DNA of 64,000 bases from a virus. Location: the IMG/VR virus record IMGVR_UViG_3300008469_000001, positions 1 to 64,000 of that record; one strand, 5' to 3'. Made by a program: the position numbers and the translations under genes. Positions 40,588-50,392 of the stretch are shown piece by piece. Positions within the stretch are counted from its first letter, which is position 1. Every line of letters begins with the position of its first letter. The notes under the pieces were generated by a model. It saw only the letters and a list, made by a program, of their open reading frames with translations. It ran no database searches and was not told the origin of the DNA.

Positions 40588-41343
40588 TTATAGTTTCATA
40601 GTCATAATATCTAGACCAGTATCAATAGATCTCTTTCTAGGTTTATTAGGTCTTGCACTATCAGTTTTCTTTTTTTCTTGTTTTATTTCTTCATTTGAGG
40701 CAGGTTTTTCAGTTCCATCCATTATGTCCAAAACAGATTCTAATTTGGTGTAAGTATCTTTGTAACTTTCATCTTCATCATATTTATCCAATTGTGATGT
40801 ATAATTATCATAAGTAACTTTAGATAATGTTACCATACAAAATATATTTTCCCAAAGGTTTGCATGACCAAAATATACATCTGCAATCTTATATCTGGTT
40901 TTATCCAATACAGTTTCAATAATATCACCAATAAGTGGTTTTCTACCCAAAATTTCTTCTACTTCATCAACATGAATGAATAATTGTTGGTCACTACCAT
41001 TTGGCATTATTACACCCCATTTAGATAAATCCATTTGATATTCTTGAGGAGTCCAGGTAGCCATCATTTCCCTTGGAGGACCTAGTTCTAAATGAGTGTG
41101 ATCTTTTAGGGAATTATCAAAATCTAATTTTAGTGTTGAGTCATTAGACTCAGGTTTTATAGGGAAGTATAGAATAGGTGCACCATCAAGTTTAACTTTT
41201 TCTCTAGCTACTCTCTTTATAAATGTTACATCTTTAGGTTTATTATTATAAACTTTTCTGGAATTAGGACCAGATTCAACTAATTCTGAATCTAGTTTAA
41301 AACCAGTTGGCATAATTTCATTTAAAAAATCGGTTCTATTCAT
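40588..41343 (-). CDS. Neck/head-closure protein (T4 gp14-like)
   Basis: LSKWG....DQQLFIH...LGRKPLIGDII; located between gp13 and gp15 homologues. Confidence 0.7.
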   Translation of the reverse strand: MNRTDFLNEIMPTGFKLDSELVESGPNSRKVYNNKPKDVTFIKRVAREKVKLDGAPILYFPIKPESNDSTLKLDFDNSLKDHTHLELGPPREMMATWTPQEYQMDLSKWGVIMPNGSDQQLFIHVDEVEEILGRKPLIGDIIETVLDKTRYKIADVYFGHANLWENIFCMVTLSKVTYDNYTSQLDKYDEDESYKDTYTKLESVLDIMDGTEKPASNEEIKQEKKKTDSARPNKPRKRSIDTGLDIMTMKL

Positions 41344-41408
41344 AACTTTTCTCCCTTATCATACATCTATTTATTACAGATTTTAATAATTTTAGAAAAG
41401 GTTATGGA

Positions 41409-42083
41409 TTAACCCATCCAAACTCCACCACAATCAATTACAGATTTATCAAACAATTCCTGTTCTAATCTTTCAATTTCTGTTTGAGCTTGTGAAATTA
41501 AATCAGAACCATTCATTGAAACATCATTTGGTGATGATACTCCAGAAAATTTGCTTCTTATTATTCCTAGATTAAATTTTGCTTGTGCTATGGCATATTT
41601 TTGAACCCAAGGATCACCATATATTGGTGCTAAGTCTTTATATCTCATAACCTTAGCTGCTACATTTTCATCAGTTGCTGGTTGAATATCTGTTTGAACA
41701 TATCTTTTACCATCTCTATGAATAATTCTACTAGGTATTGGATTAGTTACCTTTTGTAATTCATTATCTTGCAATATCATACCTAACATGGTTATTTCAT
41801 ATGCTTGACCAGTAGTTTCAGGTATCAATGTTTGTCCCATTCCACCTTTCATTTTATTCATAGATATAATAAAATCTACATCTTCTGGTACTTCATGATA
41901 ATTCTCACCAGCTTTCAATCTGATTGCAATATTTTCTTCATTCCATGCTTCAGATGAATTATGTCCATAGTAATTAATGGTGTGGTATATAATCATATCT
42001 AAATCCGAATCAGATAATTCTACATCAGTTTGTGATGCACCTAACATACCAACAATATATTGTTTTAAAAAATCTTTTGTCAT
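41409..42083 (-). CDS. Neck/head-tail adaptor (T4 gp13-like)
   Basis: LKQYI..MLGA...DVEL, WVQKYAIAQAK..LG.IRSKFSG, NGSDL..QA..EIERLE. Confidence 0.85.
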   Translation of the reverse strand: MTKDFLKQYIVGMLGASQTDVELSDSDLDMIIYHTINYYGHNSSEAWNEENIAIRLKAGENYHEVPEDVDFIISMNKMKGGMGQTLIPETTGQAYEITMLGMILQDNELQKVTNPIPSRIIHRDGKRYVQTDIQPATDENVAAKVMRYKDLAPIYGDPWVQKYAIAQAKFNLGIIRSKFSGVSSPNDVSMNGSDLISQAQTEIERLEQELFDKSVIDCGGVWMG

Positions 42084-42119
42084 TATTATACCCCCAGAGT
42101 ATTCAAAAAAAGAAAGCTT

Positions 42120-42491
42120 TTATTCAGCTTTCTTTCTTCTGCCTCTTCTTTTTGGAGCCGGTTTTTCTTCTGATTTTTCTACAATTGTATCTTCAATTTT
42201 AACTTCTACTTGTTCTATAGGTGTTTCCACTACTTCTTCAACTTTAGTTATTTTATCAGCTACCTTTGCTTTTGGTTTATTAGTAGTCACTTTTGTTGAT
42301 TGAGTTTTTTTAGGAGTTTCTTTTACTTCTCCATTGATTTCTTCAACTAATTTTAAAACTCTTAAATAACCACCTGTCAATTTTTGTTCTAATGTTACTT
42401 TAGAACCTTTAAATAATGTTACTGTTTGATCTTTACCAGGAATTGTGAAATTAAACACACCAGGCTGTATACTTTCATAAACATATTGCAT
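42120..42491 (-). CDS. Hypothetical protein with basic tail
   Basis: AAGGAG RBS, TATAAATA at 42524-42531. Confidence 0.65.
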   Translation of the reverse strand: MQYVYESIQPGVFNFTIPGKDQTVTLFKGSKVTLEQKLTGGYLRVLKLVEEINGEVKETPKKTQSTKVTTNKPKAKVADKITKVEEVVETPIEQVEVKIEDTIVEKSEEKPAPKRRGRRKKAE

Positions 42492-42545
42492 TAATACTCT
42501 CCTTAAAACACATTGTTTTCTTTTATTTATATTTTAAACGACTTT

Positions 42546-42893
42546 TTAACTTAACTCAGCTATTTTAGCATTCATGTTTTTTAAAAACCTTCTGAATTTA
42601 GATTTCTCTCTTTTTGCCTGAGCTAGATCTTTTTCTTGATTTTTTATATATAAATCATTTTTTTGCTTATGTGTTAATTGGTCTTTTTTATTAACCGTAT
42701 TGATAGTAGCATGAACAGATTTAATGATTCTATCATAGAAATGTAATAATTCATTCAGTCTAGTCTTCGCTCTTGAAAGCTCATTTCTTGTTGGATTTCC
42801 ATCCAACAACAATCTTATTTCTTTTTCATTAATAAGTTTTCTTTGAGCTTCTGCTTCAATTTCAGAACTTGGTCCACTAACACTTACTTTCAT
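42546..42893 (-). CDS. Hypothetical basic protein
   Basis: 115 aa, AGGAG RBS. Confidence 0.6.
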   Translation of the reverse strand: MKVSVSGPSSEIEAEAQRKLINEKEIRLLLDGNPTRNELSRAKTRLNELLHFYDRIIKSVHATINTVNKKDQLTHKQKNDLYIKNQEKDLAQAKREKSKFRRFLKNMNAKIAELS

Positions 42894-42905
42894 GATAATC
42901 TCCTA

Positions 42906-43187
42906 TTATTCAAATAGGCTTTTACCTTCTGACATCACTTTACAACCAAGCTCATCTCTAGCCTCTTTCATAAAAGTTTCACCAGTTTTAGGATTTCTAA
43001 CTTTTCTGGCATTTTTATGTTTTTTGAATACTTTGAATAGTGAACCAAATTTTACTTCACCACCCTCTTTTACTTCATCAATGATTACTTCTAAGAAACC
43101 ATTCCAAATTCTTTCACATTCAGCTTTTGAAACTTTTTCTTCACCAATTATTTCTTGTAGTTGAACTACTATATCTGCTTTTGTCAT
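42906..43187 (-). CDS. HU/IHF-like DNA-binding protein
   Basis: MTKADIV..., G.EVKFG, ARKVRNPKTGE. Confidence 0.9.
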   Translation of the reverse strand: MTKADIVVQLQEIIGEEKVSKAECERIWNGFLEVIIDEVKEGGEVKFGSLFKVFKKHKNARKVRNPKTGETFMKEARDELGCKVMSEGKSLFE

Positions 43188-43323
43188 TTTATTGTCCTTA
43201 TTTTAAATTTTTAAAGAGGAAACTTTTCCCCTTATTTTATTACATTTTTATTTATATTGAAAAAAAGCCTATTTTGGAAACTTTCTATCAAAACACCTTT
43301 TAAATATACCTTTTTTTATTTTT

Positions 43324-43965
43324 TTAGTTATTTTTTAAAAAATCAATCAAAAGTACATATGCATATCCTATAGAATGCGGTTTTTTATATCTATATTTAC
43401 CATCATCTCTACCCAATTCCTTAAATTGTTCATCAAAAACTGGTATACCATAAGTTTCTCTTAGAATTTTTTGAGCTTCTTCTGATTTCTTTTTCAATAG
43501 TTTATCAGTATGAATATAATTTTTCATCTTATCATAATTAGCTACGGAACCAGGTCTAATCAACGCTAAAATAATAGCAATGTCATTTACAGATGAAACT
43601 TTAAACTCTCTAAGAATACCAGGATACTTACTCAATTGATATGGTTCATCATATTCCCACAATGTTGACCATTGGATATTTTCATTTTCTATCAGGTGTA
43701 TATATTGTATTAATTCATCTGAGGATATATCATCCAAATAACTATTATTAAGAATATCAATCTTTTGAAAATGATTTTTTTCCATTGATTTATAATCTAT
43801 AACAGCTAAATCTTGATAAGCTGGAATTGATTTATAAAAATAAACGCCAGCTGGATGAGGTTGATAATCTCCTCTATCATTCAAAACAGAAGCCCTTAAC
43901 AAACCATTTCTAATTTCATCTGAGTCCTTTGCAGGTATATCCAAATCTAAATCTGAAAATTTCAT
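43324..43965 (-). CDS. DnaE-like catalytic (palm/fingers) fragment
   Basis: SDLDLD (PDIDID), HPAGV, KIDIL, LALIRPG, YGIPVFDEQ, YKKPHSIGYA (FNKSHA.AYA). Confidence 0.8.
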   Translation of the reverse strand: MKFSDLDLDIPAKDSDEIRNGLLRASVLNDRGDYQPHPAGVYFYKSIPAYQDLAVIDYKSMEKNHFQKIDILNNSYLDDISSDELIQYIHLIENENIQWSTLWEYDEPYQLSKYPGILREFKVSSVNDIAIILALIRPGSVANYDKMKNYIHTDKLLKKKSEEAQKILRETYGIPVFDEQFKELGRDDGKYRYKKPHSIGYAYVLLIDFLKNN

Positions 43966-44012
43966 ATTAACCTTTCCAACTAATGTTTATTATTATTTTA
44001 CAATTTTAGTCA

Positions 44013-45860
44013 TCAATCTAAGTCCGGATTCACATCTAAAGTTGAAATCCCCCTAGATTTTGTAACTAAAATAACTTCTTTTGATTTTTCTTTTATCTCT
44101 TCTCTGTGAGAAATCATATATACTCTCATCTTTTCTTGTTTTGCAACATTTTTGATAAAGTAATATACAGATTCTAATAATGTACCATTGATACCACTAT
44201 CCAAAACTTCATCCATAAACAGTGCATTAAATTCAACATTATTTTTTAGTTTAAACACTTTCATAAGTGCCAACATAATCATAATATTACCAATCCTTTT
44301 TTCACCATTTGAAAGAGTACCTGATGATACCTCTTTACCAAGCTTCATAATTCTTATTGTGAAATCTGGATTGAATTGTAAATGAATGTTAAAATCAGGA
44401 ATCAATTTTTTAAAGTTTTTGAGTATTTCATTTGATTGTTTGATAAATTTTCTTAGAAATTTTCCTCTTATTTTTTGATCATCATTCTGTTTTATAAATG
44501 ATTTAAACAACCTAACATTCTCTGAAACCCTATCAATCTCAGTCATATCTATGTTTCTAATTAACTTTGAATTAGCTTCTATTTCTGATAAGAAATGGTT
44601 GTCTTGACCTTCAATATTTGTTAATTCATTTTCTAGATTTTTAACAACAATATCAATATTATCAAGTTCTTTCTTATCAACTTTTGTTTCAACTTCTTCC
44701 ATTGCTTCTTTTATTTCAGATAATAATTCTCTTTTATCAGAAATGGAATGTTTAAGTTGTTTTTTACCTTTATCATGATCGGTAATACTTTTTTCATATA
44801 TAAGAATTTGTTTTCCATAATCAGATAATTTTTTATCACTTTCTGTTATAGCTGTTGCATCTTCCCAATCTTGATTACAAGTAGGACAAATATTACCCTT
44901 TAAACTAACATTCTTCTTTTCTTCTCTTTCATATTTCTCAGATAGAATTTCTATTTCTCTATCTTCTTTATCAATAATGGATTGTACATCTTTTAAATCA
45001 CTTCTTAATTCAGTAATTGTTTCTGTCAATTTCAATTTATGTTCTTTCAACTCATCTAAAAATGAAAATTTATCAAGTTCTTCTGCAACATTAACTGTGG
45101 TGTAATATTCAATAGATTCAACTAAACTATCGATTTGTTTTTTTCTTCTTCTCTCAAATTTTTCTGACGATTCATTTAATCTTTCTAACTGGTGGGTTAT
45201 TTGTTCATTTGCATAATTAATTTCTTTTATACTTGATTCTAATTCTGTTAATTTTATTGTATCATCTCTTACTCTATCTTTAACATCTGTAGCCATTTGA
45301 TTAGCAGCTTCAAAACTAAATATGTTTTCAAGAACTTTCTTTTGATCACCCGGTCTCATATTCAAAAATGGTTTATTATGCTCACTTGCAACTGAGAATA
45401 AAGTAGTTTGTAGGAAGGTTTCATATTTCATTCCAACAATAGATTCAATAAGATTATTGTTATCTCTTATGTCTGCTTTTGAGATATTGTCCCAAGTATC
45501 TTCTACATTTTCAACTGTTTCAACTTTTTTATAAAGATTAAGAATGTTTGGTTTTCTTCCTCTTTCAACTTTAAAACTGTGTTTATCAATATCAAATTCT
45601 AAAGTAACTACACAGTCTTTTCCTTTTATATAATTAACAACCTCATTAGCTTTAACATTTGATACAGTTTCACCATATAGTGCAAAAGTTATACCAGCAA
45701 ATATAGTTGATTTACCTGTTCCAATTTTAGCACCTTCAGTATCTTTATCAATTCCATCAATAAGTATTACTGTAGAACCAAACTCATTAAATTTCAGTTC
45801 TTGTTTACTTCCATAACTATAAAAGTTTTGCAATTCTAATTTTCTAAATTTAACTTTCAT
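44013..45860 (-). CDS. Recombination nuclease ATPase subunit (gp46/SbcC/Rad50)
   Basis: NFYSYG, GTGKST, zinc hook CPTC, LSNGE, LFMDEVLD, ISH. Confidence 0.95.
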   Translation of the reverse strand: MKVKFRKLELQNFYSYGSKQELKFNEFGSTVILIDGIDKDTEGAKIGTGKSTIFAGITFALYGETVSNVKANEVVNYIKGKDCVVTLEFDIDKHSFKVERGRKPNILNLYKKVETVENVEDTWDNISKADIRDNNNLIESIVGMKYETFLQTTLFSVASEHNKPFLNMRPGDQKKVLENIFSFEAANQMATDVKDRVRDDTIKLTELESSIKEINYANEQITHQLERLNESSEKFERRRKKQIDSLVESIEYYTTVNVAEELDKFSFLDELKEHKLKLTETITELRSDLKDVQSIIDKEDREIEILSEKYEREEKKNVSLKGNICPTCNQDWEDATAITESDKKLSDYGKQILIYEKSITDHDKGKKQLKHSISDKRELLSEIKEAMEEVETKVDKKELDNIDIVVKNLENELTNIEGQDNHFLSEIEANSKLIRNIDMTEIDRVSENVRLFKSFIKQNDDQKIRGKFLRKFIKQSNEILKNFKKLIPDFNIHLQFNPDFTIRIMKLGKEVSSGTLSNGEKRIGNIMIMLALMKVFKLKNNVEFNALFMDEVLDSGINGTLLESVYYFIKNVAKQEKMRVYMISHREEIKEKSKEVILVTKSRGISTLDVNPDLD

Positions 45861-45959
45861 TTAAACTCTCTTTTTACCTTTCAAAAATGTCTTTTCAACA
45901 CCTTTTACATAATTATACATTAATCAACTTTTTTACCCTTATTAATAAAGGATTAAAAT

Positions 45960-47018
45960 CTACTCTTGGTAAGAGTTAGATAATTCCTTTAAAAATTTTA
46001 TTGCTTCTTGGTCTTCATCAACTTTTTCGGTTGTTACTAAATTATCAATAACATAATCTGTATATGATTGATTTTCTAATTTATTAGATGTTTCTTCATC
46101 ATCTTCATCATCAAGATCATCTAAATCATCCCAAGGTGACATTTGATCATCAAGAACTAAATCATTTATTCCATATTCTAAAATCAATGATGTTTTAAAT
46201 TCTTCCAATTCACTATATTTGTATTTCTTATCAATAACTAATTTAAGATTATCTCCTTGATTAAATACTGTAGTTAATTCATCTTCCATCTCTTTCAATA
46301 CTGACATTTTGAATTTATACATTCTAGGGTGTTGGTACTCAATAAATTCATCTTCACCATTTTCACAATCTAATATAGTCCATCCTCTCTCATCATCATC
46401 TTCACCATAAAAAAATCTACACAAATTTCCAATATATGCTATTTTACCTCTTGATTGTCTTTTATGAAAATGTCCCATAAACACTTTATCATAATTTTTT
46501 GTAATTGCATTTGCATTAAGACCTTCTTCAGCTTTAACAAATTGGTTTAGCATAAAACCTTGTATTTCAATGTGACCCATTAAAAAGTTTGCATGTGGGA
46601 ATTCATGTCCTTTCATTATTTCATTTGGAAAATAAGGTAACATATAAAATGTATTATCATGAATTTCTAGTGTTTTAGGTTCATCTACCAAATGAATATT
46701 TGGATAACCAGCAAATATATGTAGGTTATGTCCATTTGAATCATATGTTTTTTTTGACATGTCATGATTACCAACCAATATATATACATTATCAAATGTA
46801 TCATTAATTTTAATAAATGCTTGTGCTAGATAATTTAAGGTTGAAGTGGATATTGATTGTTTTACATCAAGTGTATCACCTAAATTGATCATTGTAGTTA
46901 TACCATTTTGTTTCGCATGTTCACATTGTTCATAAATACCTTTAAGTATAATATGGTCAAATTTACCATTTGATTTACCAAAGTGCCAATCGGTACTAAT
47001 TGTAATTTTCTTATTCAT
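45960..47018 (-). CDS. Recombination nuclease subunit (gp47/SbcD/Mre11)
   Basis: TDWHFG, LGD, GNHD, MGH, GHFH. Confidence 0.95.
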   Translation of the reverse strand: MNKKITISTDWHFGKSNGKFDHIILKGIYEQCEHAKQNGITTMINLGDTLDVKQSISTSTLNYLAQAFIKINDTFDNVYILVGNHDMSKKTYDSNGHNLHIFAGYPNIHLVDEPKTLEIHDNTFYMLPYFPNEIMKGHEFPHANFLMGHIEIQGFMLNQFVKAEEGLNANAITKNYDKVFMGHFHKRQSRGKIAYIGNLCRFFYGEDDDERGWTILDCENGEDEFIEYQHPRMYKFKMSVLKEMEDELTTVFNQGDNLKLVIDKKYKYSELEEFKTSLILEYGINDLVLDDQMSPWDDLDDLDDEDDEETSNKLENQSYTDYVIDNLVTTEKVDEDQEAIKFLKELSNSYQE

Positions 47019-47346
47019 TCATAATTGCCTTTCATCAAGAATATATATTGATATATATTATACAAAATTTAATCAGTAATAATTTCATAGAAAATCATAT
47101 ACAATTTGACATTAATATAATGGTGTAATTTTATCATAAATTCTTGTGTGAAAATCAAACATAATTATGACCTAAATTATAAGTGTATTTCAAATCAATT
47201 TTTTTAAAAAATAAATTCAATGGCTATGCCAGAGGACGAAGTCCAAGGTACGAAGTACTATATCTATCTTTATATCATATTTAGGCACTTATAGCGGACA
47301 ATTCACTAGGCAATAATAAGGGGGTTTATAGCGACACCCCAAAAAA

Positions 47347-47954
47347 ATCGTGTAAGCTTTGTGGAATTGTCGTGTAAACTTTGTGAAAGCATTTTTTCAC
47401 CTTATTATTAAGGTCTTAAAATGCGAAAAAAAAGGCATGTTTTAACTCAAAAAATTTTTCTGATGTTTTTAGGGTACTAAATAACTCAAAATTTGAAGTT
47501 GATTAATTTTAAGTTTTTTTTAAGGTGATGTTTTAACTCAAAATTTGAACTTGATGAATTTTCTAAAAACAGTAGTGTATATAGTAGTTCGAGCAGTCTT
47601 ATCGTGTAAGTCTTGTGGAGTTAAATCGTGATTGTAACCAAAAGTTTCTCTATTTGTAAATAACTCAAAATTTGAACTTGATGAATTTTCAAAAATAACT
47701 CAAAATTTGAACTTGATGTATGAGGGTTTTTTAACTCAAAAATAAAAGTTGAGTTATTTAGACCTATTTTTCTTATAAATAACTTAGAAATTAAAAAATC
47801 GTGTAAGTCTTGTGGAGTTTAAAATTTATTTAGTAAAGTCTTAAAACACCTTATTAATAAGGTATTAAATAAAATCACCATTTGATAAATGTTAAAAAAT
47901 CGTGTAAGTCTTGTGGAGTTTAAAATCGTGATTGTATAATAGGGTATACACGAT
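47347..47954 (+). repeat. Repeat family A, 22 bp ATCGTGTAAGTCTTGTGGAGTT (iteron candidate)
   Basis: Exact copies at 47601, 47798, 47899; variants at 47347 and 47369 (22 bp apart); partial copies at 47625 and 47925, and inverted at 47947-47954. Confidence 0.85.
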
Positions 47955-48004
47955 AATTTGATAAGATTTCCAATGTAAATAACTCAACTTTTATTTTTGA
48001 GTTA
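47443..48004 (+). repeat. Repeat family B, TAACTCAAAATTTGAACTTGATG, plus a 29 bp inverted pair
   Basis: Exact copies at 47534, 47661, 47696; variants at 47443 and 47482; 47732-47760 is the exact reverse complement of 47976-48004. Confidence 0.85.
47932..47940 (+). promoter_or_regulatory. Probable rep promoter -10 (TTGTATAAT) overlapping family A partial repeats
   Basis: Same motif as before other replication genes; flanked by ATCGTG half-sites. Confidence 0.55.
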
Positions 48005-48056
48005 TTTTCTAAATCTATAGAATTATAAAAAAAACTTATAAAAAAGGTATTAAAAA

Positions 48057-49388
48057 ATGACAGTAAAAACAACAAAAAAATCACTCCAAAAATCGGCTGG
48101 TTTGAACCTAGAATTGAAGAAACCATCTCAACTTTGTCAAGTACTATTTTATAAAGATTTCAACAAGGAAGAATATGCAAATCTTACACCATTACAAATT
48201 GATATTATCAATGTAACCTTTAGATTTGTTTCTGATATTATGGAAAAACAAGACTTAACTAGAGAAGAATTATTTGAATGGGCTAACTTAAATCACTTTG
48301 AAATAAATTTACAATCGATTTCTGATGTTCTTGGTAGATATAAGAATGGATATTATGAACCAATAGTACATAATTTACAGGAATTAACTAAAATTCAGGT
48401 TTTAACAAATACTCTACACAAGAATAAAACACAAGAATCAATTTTATTTCACTTTATTAGAAAGATAAGTTGGTTAAAAGACAAACAAACAACCAGTAAA
48501 AGAGTTAAAGTTTGGATTGAACCAGAACTTTTATCAATGTTTTTAAATCTCAAAGACTATTACAGTAAAATGTATTTACCTATTCAATTAGGTCTTAAGT
48601 CCAAATATTCTAAACTATTATATGAAATTCTTAAAGATTATTCTAAATTAAAAGAGATAACTTTAGATTTTGATATGTTGAAAGCATTACTTAATGTTGA
48701 TGTAAAAGAGAAACCTAGTTTAGATGCTTGGTCTAATTTTAATAGAGATGTATTAAAAAAAGCTGTTAAAGAAGTTTCTGAAAAATCAGATATTAAAATT
48801 GAGTATACTCCAATAAAAGAAAAATTAGATAAAAAAAGTGAAGTAACTAAAATTAAATTTACTATGAGGAAACAAAGATCTATATTAATTGATGAAGATG
48901 ATATTGATGAAATGTCATTAGATACACATATTGTTTCTGATGATGATGTTAGAACAAAAGAGTTATCAGCTGAAGATATTAAATATATTGAATTAGCACA
49001 ACAAAGGTTAGATGATGCTAAAGTATTTGGAACTCAGATAAAAAATGAACAAGCTTATTTAGAAACCATAATTGAAAATCTTAAAAAAGAGAAAAAAGAT
49101 ATTCCAAATATGCTTCTTATAGATGATATTATCTTAGAATTAAGAGAAGCTTTTGAAGAATTTAAAAATAATAATAACCAACTTATTGTTTTAGAAAATA
49201 TTGATTCGTATCCAGTTGTTTCTATTAGTAGTGAGTATTTACTATATTCACCAGTAGATAAATCTAATATTACGAAAAGTGTTGAAGAAACAATAAATAA
49301 GATAAATAAATTCAAAACAGAAGATGGGAAATTTAATATTATTGAGACTCCAGCAAAAATAAAGGAGCTTGATATTTCTTATCTTTAA
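48057..49388 (+). CDS. Plasmid-type replication initiator (Rep_3/RepB family)
   Basis: LKSKYSKLLYEILKDY, FDMLKALLNV, NFNRDVLKKAVKEVSEKSDIKI, VTKIKF: tandem winged-helix initiator pattern. Confidence 0.9.
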   Translation: MTVKTTKKSLQKSAGLNLELKKPSQLCQVLFYKDFNKEEYANLTPLQIDIINVTFRFVSDIMEKQDLTREELFEWANLNHFEINLQSISDVLGRYKNGYYEPIVHNLQELTKIQVLTNTLHKNKTQESILFHFIRKISWLKDKQTTSKRVKVWIEPELLSMFLNLKDYYSKMYLPIQLGLKSKYSKLLYEILKDYSKLKEITLDFDMLKALLNVDVKEKPSLDAWSNFNRDVLKKAVKEVSEKSDIKIEYTPIKEKLDKKSEVTKIKFTMRKQRSILIDEDDIDEMSLDTHIVSDDDVRTKELSAEDIKYIELAQQRLDDAKVFGTQIKNEQAYLETIIENLKKEKKDIPNMLLIDDIILELREAFEEFKNNNNQLIVLENIDSYPVVSISSEYLLYSPVDKSNITKSVEETINKINKFKTEDGKFNIIETPAKIKELDISYL

Positions 49389-49409
49389 TATATAATATGG
49401 AGCGCAGAT

Positions 49410-50381
49410 ATGGGAAACAATATGAATGAAACGCAGATTGTAACTGATATAGAACAGAATACAATCTTGAATATAGACCCAAGTATTATTAGTGAAAACA
49501 AAATGGCTATTAATCTATTTGGTGAAGATTTATCTGAGATGGCACCAGCTATTAATGAAAATTTCATTAGATTGATACAAAATTTTTATGGTGAATCTTC
49601 ACCGCTTAATCCATTAATTGGTCAACAATGGTTAAATAAAGAAGATAATATTTTGTATAGATGGATTGGTAACAATTGGGTTCAAACAGAAAGAGATAAC
49701 ACATTTGATTCATTTATGTTTGTTATGTATAACATTGGTGATACTAGTGAATTTGTTTTAGATGAATTTGTATTTAACTTTACTATTGAAAATATCAAAT
49801 TATATAATCAAGATATGAATGATGTTAAATTTGTTATTGACCCATTTGATTCTAGAAAGATAATTTTAAAAGAATCAAATATAACTACATTATATATAAT
49901 GGTATTTCATCCAGAAGATAGAATTACAAATCCTTTTAAAAACAGAAAAGTTGAAATTTTTACAGAATCCGGACAAACCCAATTCGATATTGAATCATTT
50001 TTATTAGGTTCAGATATTAATACTCTGAGTGTTTCATTAAATGATGTAATGTTAAAAAATAATGAATTTACTGTAACTAATAATATATTAAGTATAAATG
50101 GTATGATTTATAGAGTTAGGGAAAATGATAAATTAACAATTTGGAAACATGGTGGAAGTTTGTCTTCATATTATTCAACATTTACTACAACTGTTAATTC
50201 TAGAGAAAGTTATGTTAGAATACCAAAGTTTTTCAAAAATATTATGACTATGGAAATTTTAGATTTAGATACAAATACTATTATTAATCCTATTGAAGTT
50301 AATGAATTTGATGACTATTATCACTTTGAGTTTTTAGATAAGAAAAATATTAAGATTAATTCTAAAATAAGAATTATATAA
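49410..50381 (+). CDS. Virion structural protein (baseplate/fibre-associated)
   Basis: INENFIRLIQNF....P.NP.IGQQW motif; GQTQF..V.LND module. Confidence 0.6.
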   Translation: MGNNMNETQIVTDIEQNTILNIDPSIISENKMAINLFGEDLSEMAPAINENFIRLIQNFYGESSPLNPLIGQQWLNKEDNILYRWIGNNWVQTERDNTFDSFMFVMYNIGDTSEFVLDEFVFNFTIENIKLYNQDMNDVKFVIDPFDSRKIILKESNITTLYIMVFHPEDRITNPFKNRKVEIFTESGQTQFDIESFLLGSDINTLSVSLNDVMLKNNEFTVTNNILSINGMIYRVRENDKLTIWKHGGSLSSYYSTFTTTVNSRESYVRIPKFFKNIMTMEILDLDTNTIINPIEVNEFDDYYHFEFLDKKNIKINSKIRII

Positions 50382-50392
50382 GGAGAGTTAAA

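Larger units (their letters stand above)
47200..48056. other. Iteron-type replication origin/control region
   Basis: Only long non-coding stretch in the window; several repeat families; directly upstream of the Rep_3 gene. Confidence 0.8.

Noticed and set aside
19609-43965. Split intein joining the DnaE fragments
   Set aside because: No intein N-terminal C/S block or C-terminal HN motif; the fragments end and start directly at polymerase motifs
47140-47920. DnaA boxes in the origin
   Set aside because: Only mismatched CACA-containing 9-mers (e.g. within TTGTGGA of repeat A); no consensus TTWTNCACA that I can support
47340-48010. CRISPR array
   Set aside because: Repeats are irregularly spaced, interleaved in several families and partly inverted; no uniform spacers or cas genes
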